This document shows, in pieces, positions 1 through 10,100 of a stretch of DNA of 64,000 nucleotides. The translations under genes were made by a program, and so were the position numbers. The stretch's first letter is position 1. Every line of letters begins with the position of its first letter. A model generated the notes under the pieces. The model was not told the origin of the DNA, ran no database searches, and worked only from the letters and a program-made list of their open reading frames with translations. This DNA is from Myxococcota bacterium (GTDB lineage: Bacteria > Myxococcota_A > UBA796 > GCA-2862545): positions 1 through 64,000 of the forward strand of contig JBCCQY010000019.1 of NCBI GenBank assembly GCA_039208735.1. The letters run 5' to 3'.

Positions 1-1281
1 CCCACCTCGGTGCCGAGCGCGGCCGTGTCATTCATGGACAACCTCGGGCGGTCCGTTCAGGTGACGACGCGCCTCGAGGGCACCGATACGGTCATCCTCG
101 AGCCCATCGTCCCCCTTCGGCTAGGCCAAACCTTCACCGTCCAAGTGTCTGGGTTGATGCTTCGCGGGGGTTCGCCGGCCCCCAACCTCGAGACCTCCTT
201 TACCGTCCATCCCGAACTCAATCTTGCCAGAAGCCAGGTCTTCGCCGCCCCCACACCCCTTCCCTCCTCCGACTTCCTGCTGTTCAATCGCTACGAGTAC
301 GACAAGGCAGACCGGCTCTTGGTCTGGACCCTTGCGAGCGGCTCCGGTCCTGATGCGGTGTGGGGAACCTTCGATGATGAGCTGTCGAGCCGCACGACGA
401 TTGGCTACGACGCTCAAGGACGTCAAACCAGCACGGTGACCTACGGCGACCCAGGACTCGACGGCGTCTGGGATAGCGGCGACGATAGGGTCTTGCGGTT
501 CTCCGAGATTACGTACGAAGGCTCCGAGCGCCTTACGCTCCAGTACGACGCCGGAGGAGATGGACTCGCCTCCACCGATGACGATGCGATCACAGGAGGA
601 AACCTCTCGTTGCTCGATTCCCAGGGCCAGACCCTCACCTCGGTCAGCTCGACGGGGCCTGGCCCGGACGGGGTGTGGGGAAACGGCGATGACCCTGGAG
701 CTTGGGGTGTCCAAACCACTTGGGACCGCTTCGGAAACCCAATCCGCCGGGTCGACCATGAGGATGCCGGCGAAGACAGCACTTTCTTCACGCCGGACGA
801 CATTCTCGATGGCTACACCGACCAGCTGCACGACGAAGAAGGCCTTTGGCTTACGAGCCTTCGCGTCCGGGGCCCGGGCCGCGATGAACAGTGGTTTACA
901 ACCGATGATCTGGTGACGAATGCCACCCGGCTGGTCTACGACGCCAACGGCCAAGTGGAGTTTCGTCTCGAGGCCTTTACTCCAGGAACGGACGCCAAAT
1001 GGGCGACCGCCGACGACGAGCTTCGAACCTATACGGAATTCATCTACAACGCAGATGGCGTCCTTCATCAGCAACGCAACATCTCGGCCGGCGATGACCG
1101 CACCGTCGGCGGAGACGATGACCAAATCAACGTCTACACGCGGTACATGAGCAATGCCGAGGGCTTTATCGTAAGTGACGTCACCTACACCCAATCGGGC
1201 GATGACGGAATCTGGCTCAACGACGACGACCAGGCATTCGTGTCGAACACCTACACCTCGCCACGGCCTGCGGCCAATTAG
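1..1281 (+). CDS. 5'-partial surface protein: Ig-like (Big_5/SbsA-like) domain followed by about 9 YD-like repeats carrying GxDxxWxxxDD motifs
   Basis: Frame open from position 1; 'VILEPIVPLRLGQTFTVQV...SFTV' Ig-like segment; repeats GPDAVWGTFDD, GLDGVWDSGDD, GPDGVWGNGDD, GRDEQWFTTDD, GTDAKWATADD with YDxxG motifs between them. Confidence 0.7.
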   Translation, partial: PTSVPSAAVSFMDNLGRSVQVTTRLEGTDTVILEPIVPLRLGQTFTVQVSGLMLRGGSPAPNLETSFTVHPELNLARSQVFAAPTPLPSSDFLLFNRYEYDKADRLLVWTLASGSGPDAVWGTFDDELSSRTTIGYDAQGRQTSTVTYGDPGLDGVWDSGDDRVLRFSEITYEGSERLTLQYDAGGDGLASTDDDAITGGNLSLLDSQGQTLTSVSSTGPGPDGVWGNGDDPGAWGVQTTWDRFGNPIRRVDHEDAGEDSTFFTPDDILDGYTDQLHDEEGLWLTSLRVRGPGRDEQWFTTDDLVTNATRLVYDANGQVEFRLEAFTPGTDAKWATADDELRTYTEFIYNADGVLHQQRNISAGDDRTVGGDDDQINVYTRYMSNAEGFIVSDVTYTQSGDDGIWLNDDDQAFVSNTYTSPRPAAN

Positions 1282-1790
1282 AGGGAGCGATTGAGCTGAG
1301 CCATATAAACGAGTTCGCGGCGAATGGATGCGCCACCATCTTCCCCTTGGCCATCGTCCGTCTCACCGAGCCAGGAAAGCGCTACGCCTCGGGTATCGGC
1401 GTGGCCCGACAGGAGTAGTCTCGCCGCGAGGCGGTCGACCGAGCTAGGATCGAACGACGTCGGCTCCGTAAGAGGCCCATCGAGGTCATCCCTTGGGTCT
1501 ACCGAGGCGTACACATTCCAGATCGTCCCCGGATCTTGGTTTTCGGCTTGCACCGTGGCCGGAACCGTACCTTCGAACGTGGGAAACCCCTGCGCCGCCA
1601 ACGTCACGGATAGCGAGACGGACAGGGTGGCCGGACACGCCAGGACCGCCAACTCATCCTGCACGGTGCCTCCGTCGTCTTCGACAAGATCGAACGTGGT
1701 GTACACCACGTCACCATCCAATACCGCAACCTCGAGCATCGCATCGCCCCCCATCGGGACTTCGTCCTCGGCCTGCAACTCGCCCACGAG
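1278..1790 (-). pseudogene. Acidic hypothetical protein apparently lacking its 5' end
   Basis: Protein-like sequence from GELQAEDEVPMGG to the stop at 1278; the upstream part of ORF 1278..1925 is the antisense of the DUF4423-like gene; the upper boundary is approximate. Confidence 0.45.
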
Positions 1791-2384
1791 TTTCTCCGAC
1801 TCATCCACGCACTTACGGGTCGAGCGCCGGACTGGGTGGCCTGCTTCGTGCCGATCGAGGCGGTGCCGAGCTTGTCTCCCGCCCACCGTGCCGCCCATGC
1901 CGCGGCTCGCCTGGCCTACGACCATCCGTGGGCCACCGCAGTACGGCTGCTCCTGGTCACCGACGGTTACCGCGCCGATCCCACAGAAGCGTTCCTCGCC
2001 CGGGCCTTAGGGCTCGAGTCCAGCGAAATTCAAGCTGCGGTCCAGGCCCTCCTAGACGCCGGACTCGTCGCGCGACACGACGGTCAGCTCACCGTATCGT
2101 CGACGTTCAGCTCTACGGTGTCCGCCTCACAAGAGGATCTCCGACGGCTCAAGGCGCACTGGGCAGGGGTCGCGGCCCAACGGCTTGCCAACCCTCGCGC
2201 TGACGACATGACCAGCCTCAACCTGATCACGGTGTGCCGAGCCGACCTCGAACGTGTCCGTCAACTCCAGCGAGAATACTTCCGCGCGCTTCGAGGGCTC
2301 GTTGCCGCTTCCAAGCCCGAGGAAGTCGCGGCTCTGGTCATGATGCAACTGGTCTCGTTGTCGCCCGATCCCGAAGCCCCTTAG
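1785..2384 (+). pseudogene. DUF4423/TIGR02147-like protein, N-terminally truncated
   Basis: In-frame HEFLRLIHALTGRAPDWVACFVP...AYDHPW...LKAHW...SLNLITVCRADLERVRQLQREYFRALRGLVAASKPEEV matches the C-terminal part of myxobacterial DUF4423 proteins; the N-terminal HTH region is absent. Confidence 0.6.
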
Positions 2385-3388
2385 CGTGCTTGCAACGCAG
2401 CGATGCGTGTAGCTGACGCCTCAACCCGCGACCAGAGGGCCGGACGCTGCTCGAGCAACCGACCAACCACCCGCCGGAACGTCGGCAGCACGTGATCGAG
2501 CCGAACGGACGTGACCAACAGGTCTGCTCCGGCGATAAACGCATCCCGGAGGACCGCTTCATCGATGGCGGATCGTCCGAGCCGCGCCAGGTCATCGGTC
2601 ATGACAACCCCCCGCGTAAAGCGTCGTGCTAGCGAAACAATGGAGGGAGCTTGAGGAGCGGGCCGGGGGTCGAACGAAGGGTAGGTCGCGTTGGAGAGCA
2701 TGATGCCTGCGGCGGGAACCTGGCGAAACAAGGCCTGATCGGTACGAAGCTCTGACGCCGTTGCGTCGATGACCGTCGCGACGCGGTCGGGATCCGTCAC
2801 CGCTCGCCCTTGTCCAGGAAAGTGCTTGAGAATCGCGCCAACACCCTCCCCTCCTAGGCCGTCGACGTAAGCCCGGGCATGGGCCACGACCCTTGCCGGA
2901 TCGTCGCTGTAGAGTCGGAACTGCCTGGCGAGATGCCCATCCGCTCCCACATCGACCACCGGACCTAGGTTGAGGCCGAGCCCCAGCTCACGCAGCTGTT
3001 GTCCCGCACGCGCTCCCCAACCTCGAGTCTGTGCCGGGTCCGAGAGGCCCATCCGAGCCGCCGGGGGCATCGCGTGGAGTCGGGAGAAGCACCGTAGGGG
3101 ATTCACGCGTCCCCCCTCGAGATCGCACGCGAGCAAGGGGGCGTTGGGGAGGTTGTGAGCGAGCCGCTCGAGTTCGGCCTTGGCCTGTTGTGGATTGCGA
3201 AACACCCAAGCTTGAAGCAGCACCACCGCTGGTTGCGCGTCGATGGGGGCCGCGGGGGGAGCGGCCATGAGCAAGGCATCCACTGGGTTAGGGGCGACCC
3301 AGGGCGACGCCGCAGCGAGCCAAGGCAACCCCACCAGACCTCGGAGCCACGCCCGTCGCGTCATTTCAAGGTGCGATGGAACTGCCAC
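2381..3388 (-). CDS. Glycoside hydrolase family 3 N-terminal domain protein (NagZ-like), possible Tat signal
   Basis: DLEGGRV, NLGPVVDV, KHFPGQG and MTDDL motifs; N-terminal TRRAWLRGL. Confidence 0.85.
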   Translation of the reverse strand: MAVPSHLEMTRRAWLRGLVGLPWLAAASPWVAPNPVDALLMAAPPAAPIDAQPAVVLLQAWVFRNPQQAKAELERLAHNLPNAPLLACDLEGGRVNPLRCFSRLHAMPPAARMGLSDPAQTRGWGARAGQQLRELGLGLNLGPVVDVGADGHLARQFRLYSDDPARVVAHARAYVDGLGGEGVGAILKHFPGQGRAVTDPDRVATVIDATASELRTDQALFRQVPAAGIMLSNATYPSFDPRPAPQAPSIVSLARRFTRGVVMTDDLARLGRSAIDEAVLRDAFIAGADLLVTSVRLDHVLPTFRRVVGRLLEQRPALWSRVEASATRIAALQAR

Positions 3389-5973
3389 AGCGCATCACTC
3401 GGGTAGGTGGTCGCCAATTCGGGGAGCGTGGGCAATGCGGGTGCATCACCAAAGCACCGCGGTTGGTTCCGTTCGTCGACGATGCACGTCCAATCCGCAT
3501 CCGCGATGACGCCCACCACACCATCGACCGATGCAGGGGCTTGACCTCTTCCGTTGTCGCCCCAACATTCAAGTCGGCGCGTCTCATGCAGCGCGCAACT
3601 GTGCCCCCGGCCGTTCGTCAGGGCCCGGAAATCGTGCCCACGAGGCTCATCGTGCAGCGGAGCATCACAGTGCACACGGCCCGTGAGCAGCGTGCATCGC
3701 TGTTCGGGCGATGGCCAATTCCCCGATTGCCAGCCCGACCAAGCATTCTTGACCATTCCCTGTGCCCGCTTGGGTTTCAGGTCCGATCTCGCCGGCCCAT
3801 TCCCGCCGCACCACCACCGCCGATTCGACAAGAAGCAGACGTTGCCGTCATGCTTGCCGATTCCCGTGAGCGCCTGCCCGGGGACGTTCTCGGAAAGCCA
3901 GTGGGCCTGGCCAAAGAGCGCCGCCTCCTGGCTCGTTCGAGGTTGGTCGAACCAGTGCCCCCAGTTTGGCGGTCGCCCCGGACCTCGAACCCATCGCTCG
4001 TAAACGGGCAACAGTGTGTCGGTCAACTCCGCGCGGAGGGCCTTCGGGGGCCGCCCAAGGAGACCCAACACACGGTCGACTTCGAAGTGGGCACCTCGAT
4101 CGAGACGCGCCGAAAGATCGCGGGCTCCCGCCTCCCACCACGCTGAAACGTTCCAGGGCTCGAACCTCCCGCTCGCGGCAGCCCCGTAGGCCAGGGCAAG
4201 GTCATTGCGCTCGAGTGCTTCAAAGAAGCGCTTTTTTGCCGACCCAACCTGTTCGCGAGACGCGGTCCATCCGGACCAAGGAAAGAGGTCTTCCCCCGAT
4301 CGATAGGTGATAGGCGTCCGACGCTGCAAGGCGCGATCGACGGGCTTGGGTTCCTCGCTCACGTACCGGTCGTACCAGTAGGCGGCCGCGGGATTTTCAA
4401 TGTGGTGCAATGCATCCGCGAGGTTCAGCATGGCCACGGGTCGGGCACGGCCGGCGCGCCGAACCACCTCCCCCAACACGAGGGCAGCGACCGTCGATTC
4501 ACCAGCCTCATCGAGGACGAAACCAAAATCGTTGAGGATCTCAGCGAAGTTGGTGGAAGACGCTAAACCACGCCCCGCCTGCAAAATCCATTGGAGGCGC
4601 TCCGGAAGGACCTCGGCCACTTTCGGCTGGAATTCGCCTTCCTTCACGGTAAGCGCAGCCAGCACCAGGTCCGCCGCCTCCCGGTCGCGACCCGCACGAT
4701 GAAGCGCGATCACACGGGGATGCAGAAGCTTGGCCAAGCTCCCCAGTCGATCGTCAATGTTGAAGTCAATGGCCAACATCGCGTCGGCTACGGCGAGCGT
4801 CCAATCCTCCCGCTGCACCGCCTCGGCGATTCGTGCCTCATGCCATTCCATCCCGTGCAATTCCTCGACGGGGGCCGCCTCTAAGAACTGGTGGGACGTC
4901 GGATCCCAGGCAAACCGGTAGCGGCGGAAGAACGCTCCGCCCGCATAGGGTTCCCCACCCTTTGACACCGTCCACACGAGTTCGCCGGGCGGCAACGCTT
5001 CCACATTGGGGTGGTCGTACGCCGTAGAGCCCGCATCAGAGATGACCGCTACGCCACCTGCACTCTCCCACCGCAGCTTCATTTGGGTCTGGCCGATCAT
5101 GGGATGCGTCTGTCCGCACCCCTGGCTGATGAGGGTGCCCCCATCGAGCACCATCAGCCAACGCTCAAATACGGGGGTCTCCCGCCGCCTCTCTGGGTCG
5201 AGCTGGTCCGCACACCGAGCCCCTCCCAAAAACGTCATCGGCTTCACGTCGGCTTTGGGCGCTCCCGCAAGGGCCTCAACCGCATCGCGCGCGAATCGGA
5301 ACACCGTCATCGACTCCCGGTGGAGCACACGGTAATCCGGCCCGTGGCTTGCGGGCGGCCCGAGTTCGAAGGTGTCGGTCGCCGTCGGCTGCGCCACGAC
5401 AATCGTTCCCCAAGGCGGCTCTCGGTCGACCGCCTGGGCTTCGATGCGAGGCAAAAGGGCCCACGCCGCAATGGCCTCGATGATGGGCGCCACCGACTGC
5501 CCAGAGGCATCGACCCAGCCGCCGTCTCCTTGGGTCGCTCGGATCTCGCGATCGGCAAACGTCAACGTCACCGACTGGGTGTGGTCCGTAATGCCGAGGG
5601 CACGCGATGGGGAGCAGGTGGGAAACGAGGGCAGCGGTCCTTGGATAGCCACCGTGCCGTTTAGAACCACATCGTTCCCTTGTTCTAGGCCGCTGGCGGG
5701 CAGGAGGTCGAGTTCTGCAACCTCAGCAAGCCACTGTGACACCGCACCGTTCGTGCAGCGACGCCCCTCCTCGTCACGCCAGGTCTCACCGTTACGCTGC
5801 AGGAACGCCACCTGCAGCCCATCGTCCCATCGCTCGGCCCGAGTCACCTCGTCGGGAAGGGTCACCCGTGGTGCGGCGGCCGGTTCCGACGTCGGCATAG
5901 AAGGAGCCTTGGACTCCTTGACGGTCGATGCACAGGACAGCAGCGTAGAGATGAAGACAAAGGCGATGGGCAT
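3361..5973 (-). CDS. Large lipoprotein with TPR-like region and C-terminal RCC1-like repeats
   Basis: ATG at 5973 with GGGGAG RBS; lipobox-like LLSC; NDFGFVL...AMLNLADAL TPR-like segment; GHSCAL...CWGDNGRGQ and WTCIV...CFG RCC1-like repeats. Confidence 0.65.
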   Translation of the reverse strand: MPIAFVFISTLLSCASTVKESKAPSMPTSEPAAAPRVTLPDEVTRAERWDDGLQVAFLQRNGETWRDEEGRRCTNGAVSQWLAEVAELDLLPASGLEQGNDVVLNGTVAIQGPLPSFPTCSPSRALGITDHTQSVTLTFADREIRATQGDGGWVDASGQSVAPIIEAIAAWALLPRIEAQAVDREPPWGTIVVAQPTATDTFELGPPASHGPDYRVLHRESMTVFRFARDAVEALAGAPKADVKPMTFLGGARCADQLDPERRRETPVFERWLMVLDGGTLISQGCGQTHPMIGQTQMKLRWESAGGVAVISDAGSTAYDHPNVEALPPGELVWTVSKGGEPYAGGAFFRRYRFAWDPTSHQFLEAAPVEELHGMEWHEARIAEAVQREDWTLAVADAMLAIDFNIDDRLGSLAKLLHPRVIALHRAGRDREAADLVLAALTVKEGEFQPKVAEVLPERLQWILQAGRGLASSTNFAEILNDFGFVLDEAGESTVAALVLGEVVRRAGRARPVAMLNLADALHHIENPAAAYWYDRYVSEEPKPVDRALQRRTPITYRSGEDLFPWSGWTASREQVGSAKKRFFEALERNDLALAYGAAASGRFEPWNVSAWWEAGARDLSARLDRGAHFEVDRVLGLLGRPPKALRAELTDTLLPVYERWVRGPGRPPNWGHWFDQPRTSQEAALFGQAHWLSENVPGQALTGIGKHDGNVCFLSNRRWWCGGNGPARSDLKPKRAQGMVKNAWSGWQSGNWPSPEQRCTLLTGRVHCDAPLHDEPRGHDFRALTNGRGHSCALHETRRLECWGDNGRGQAPASVDGVVGVIADADWTCIVDERNQPRCFGDAPALPTLPELATTYPSDALWQFHRTLK

Positions 5974-6066
5974 GCACTCCCCGCAGTTGGGTTGCCAACT
6001 TCGCACAAAACAGGTCCAAAGGCGAGTGGCCGTGAAGAGAACAAGCCAGCGTGGAGCGGTGCCAGC

Positions 6067-6987
6067 GTGAGCCAATTGCAAGAGATCGAAGCCTTTGTGG
6101 CGGTTGGCGAACAGGGAAGCTTCGTTGCGGCGGCCCGGACCCTTGGGGTGTCCAGCTCCTACGCGAGCAAGCTCATCACACGGTTGGAAGAACGCCTCGG
6201 CACGAGGTTGATTCAGCGCACAACCCGGCGGTTGACGCTTACGCCGCACGGTGAGCGGTACCTGGAAGACTGCAAGGGAGCGTTCCAGCTCCTTCGAAAG
6301 GCCGAGGAGTGCATTCACGAAACCACAGTGGGGATTCGCGGAATGCTCCGGGTAACCGTGCCCACGGCACTCGGACTTGGCGTTTTAGCCGACCTCTTTC
6401 ATCGCTTCGTGGGTCGACATCCCGACGTTGAATTCCAAGTCCACTACCTGGACCGACGCGTCGACCTCATTGGTTAACGCTACGATCTCGCGGTTCGCGC
6501 AGGTCCTCTGCCCGATAGTAGCCTTCGGGCCAGGCGGATTGGCAGCTATTGCCAAGGGGTATTTGCGAGCCCTGATGTGGCCGATGCACTCGGACCCATC
6601 GACCACCCCACAGCCCTCCGGGGCGCAGCCGGGGTGGTCTACACCGGTCACCTCAAGCCGGCGGAATGGACCTTGCGCTCGGCGTCCAACGAGGCAACGA
6701 TCAGCGTCGAACCCATCATGCACGCTAACAATGGACGTGCGCTGGCCCTCGCCGCGGCCAGCGGCCTTGGCATCACCTACCTCCCCGACTTCCACACCAC
6801 CGATCTCGTCGAAGCGGGACGTCTCGTACGACTCCTTCCCGGTTGGGGCGAGGAAGTCCCCGTGCACGTGCTGTTTCCGTCCAATCGACACGTGCCGCTT
6901 CGCACCCGGACCCTCATCGACTTCTTAGCTACGGCCTTCCCGTCGTCGGGTGCCCCGAACGAGACCGCGAACGTTCACGTGCCGTGA
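6067..6987 (+). pseudogene. LysR-family regulator with in-frame TAA at 6475-6477
   Basis: GSFVAAARTLGVSSSYASKLITRLEERLGTRLIQRTTRRL HTH; the same frame continues after the stop: VDLIG*RYDLAVRAG...GLGITYLP...RTLIDFL. Confidence 0.9.
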
Positions 6988-7154
6988 TGCAAGGATTCTC
7001 GGTGCCCGTCGTACCTGCACCAGATGTTTGCTCTAACCAACGGAAACGTAAATCATGCCATTTTGGCACGCCGTCCTGATGGACCATCTCCCGACCAGGC
7101 CGGTGAACGCCGTCGAGTATCTTCACAGGGCGCCCCCTCCATCTCGAGTTCTAG

Positions 7155-10100
7155 ATGACCTGGTACGAAAGTCGGCCCCGGGAAGTGCGATGGTTGGTGT
7201 TCCTCGCGTTCTGCGTTCTGCTGATCACGCTCTTCTTCATTCCAGGCACCATCGTCGATCAAGGCCCGACGATTCGCCTTGTGGGTCACCTTGCCCCCAT
7301 CGGGCCCGGTTCCGTGGAGCGACTCACCATCGGGTCTGGCCCGTTGGCCGACCTGCGTCTCACCGAAGCACTCATTCCCGATCAGCTCGGCCACCTCGAC
7401 ATTCGACGCGGGCCAAGGGGCACGCGACTCGCGCTCGAGTACCGTCACGAGAGCCGAATGCGCGACGCGCTGCGGACCCGGCGCAGTGGTTCGGCAAGCG
7501 CAACAGACACCAACCTCAACTCCGTGTCGTTCCGCATGGAGGACGACGTACGGCTGGTCTCTGGGCTGATCGAAACCGAGGGGTCTCCGGGTGACCAGCG
7601 AGCGGTACTCAAGGCGGTCTGCGAAGACCCCGCGAGCGAAGGCACGCTGACTGTCGGAGACCCCGCCCACGACGTGACGTTCGCAACGGTAGGCCTCGTG
7701 GACGGCGAAGGCATCTGGATCCGTGACGCCGAGGCCCGCTCGCGGTCGCTTGTCCTACCCCGTCGTGAGCTTGCTTGGCGCCGAATTGGCCAGGCGACGC
7801 TGATGATGCGCGAAGCACCTCACGACCTTGAGCTGGCGTTGCTCCCTTACGATCAATTCCCTTCTGCTTGCGATGACGCATGCTTGCGGGAGCTGGCAAG
7901 GCTTGGGGAAGCCGTCCGAGGGAACTGGTTCGAATCCCCGTCTGACGCCATCATGGACCGCGTGCGGGCCGTTCCAAGTCTCGCCGACTCGGGGTCCTGG
8001 CCTGGCATGTGGCGCGTGATTGCACCTGAGAGCTTCGTCCAGGTCGGAGACGGAGCACCCCGGCCGCTGCTTCCCGCCGGTGCCCCGGCCGCCGAGTTTT
8101 CCTTCGGTCCCGCAGCGGCGAGCGTTTACACGGCCAAGGAACTCCCCGCCACAACGACAGCCGGGTTCGATGGGGCAAACCGCGTAGCAATGGCGACCTA
8201 CGACGTTCTGCAACGCATGGTCAGCCTTGTTCCCGGGGTCGACCCTCCATCGGAACTCTTGGTCACCCGGGCCAATACGGAGGGGCCATCGCTGCACGTC
8301 GTGCAGTGCGCAAACCTCGACGCCTGTGAAGAAGACTGCGTCCAGGCCGTAGGCCGACACCCCATCGCGGCAGACACCGACTGGATTGTGGCCGGGTCTG
8401 GCACCCACTACCGGCCCAAGCTCAAGGGGGACCAGATCGAACTCCGCGTGGAGGCACCGCCGAGCGGTCGGTTCCGCCTCCTCGGCAGCCTGGCCGGGGG
8501 ACGGCTCATGAGCCACAACCCCCACGTTCGAGTGCCCGAATGTCGCGACGATCAATGGCTCGTTCTCGAGGCCACGACCGATGAACGAGTGCTTTCGGAG
8601 TCGGTTGAAGAACGCACTCGGAGTCGGCTGACCCGGCCGGGCGAGCGCGTCGTGCACATTCCCCTGCCTCGATGGTTCGTGGACCTCGATCGGTTTCCGG
8701 ATGTCGCAAAGCAAGGCTACACCGCCGTCGATGCAGCTCGTCTATGCAGCGAGCCCGATGGCAGCTTGATGGTTGACGAGCGAATTCCGAGGTGGAACGG
8801 ACCTCCCGAACCGCACTTGGTGGCGGACCAATCCACCTTCGTCCTCGCCGGACACCGGTTCCAGTACTTCCAGCAAGGCCCTCGGCTCGAACAATGGCTC
8901 CCTCTGCTGGGGTTCGGGCTGCTCGTCGTCATCCAAGCCTGGCTCGCCATCCGAAGCCTCTGGGCCAGCGTACGGTCCGATGGATTTCCATGGACTCAGA
9001 TGCTCTCCATTCCCATCGCATGCGTAGCGCTGCTGATGATCATTGGAGGATTGCTGCAAATGCACATGTCCGCGAGCCAGTACCTCTTGGGCTCTCCGGA
9101 CTACATCCACCGCCACTTGGTTTCCGGCTGGGTGGCCTCTACGCTTTTGCTTGCGTTTGTCCAGCTCAATCAGACCCGTCGGACCGTCGCAGGCACCGAC
9201 GCCATCACGCTGTATCACCTGACCCGTTCCGCCCTTACCGTCGTCGCCGTCGGCGCGGCCTCCCTTGCATTGTGGGCCGCGGTGGACGCAGGAGTGTGGA
9301 TGGCCTTGGGTCCCGCTCCGGATGAACTCCAAGTCCACGAGATGGTGTACCACAACGTCAACCAAACCGTGTTGAGAGCCTGGGGGGTTGCCGGGTTGCT
9401 CGGCCTCGTGGCCGGGGGCGCCTGGCGATTTCGCGATCGACTCGCGGAGACGTTCGATCGCTGGTTCATGACCCTGCAACCTCCGTCGCTGTTCGTGACG
9501 TTGCAAACCGGTCGCGAGCCAACGTCAGACCAACCGCGAACGGGCTGGCGCGCACTCCTCTCCAGCGCGCTCGGCGTGGTCGCCGTGCACGACAACGGCA
9601 TGCTGCTTCGCGGATTGAAGTGGCTCGGTTTGGCCACCACCCTCCTTGCGGTCGGCGCGCTCCTCGATGCTCTGCTGGGCAGTCGCACATTCCTTGGCTT
9701 TGACCTCAAGCTGGCTGAATTCGCTCCCCCCATTGTTGGCGCTGGATTTGCGTCGATGCTCGCTGGCTTCAGCCAGGAGTCGTCCGGCTCGCGGCCTTGG
9801 GTCTTGCCCGCGCGAATGTTGTTTTTCACCTTGGCCATCGAGGCGTTGGTCATCGGATTTTACGGGCTGCGTTCCGACTTCGGTCCCCTGCTCGTGGTGA
9901 TTCCAAGCATCTGGGGGGTCTGCATCGTTTGGGCGTTCGAGGTGCGAAGAATCAAGCAACCACTGCAAGATCTCCGATACCGGCTTCTCGGTGTTCTTCT
10001 CGCGGTTGGCCTCTGCGGACTTGCCATCGCAGGCATTCTCTGGTTCTTCCGCGCGTCGCTTACGGAGCTACCGTTGGTGGGCGTAACCCTCGAACGCGGT

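Noticed and set aside
5974..6318. N-terminal extension of the 985-aa minus-strand ORF
   Set aside because: Antisense shadow of LysR; RBS and lipobox support the start at 5973
6475..6477. Stop-codon reassignment or programmed readthrough
   Set aside because: Isolated case; TAA acts as a normal stop elsewhere (1281, 34519, 37176)
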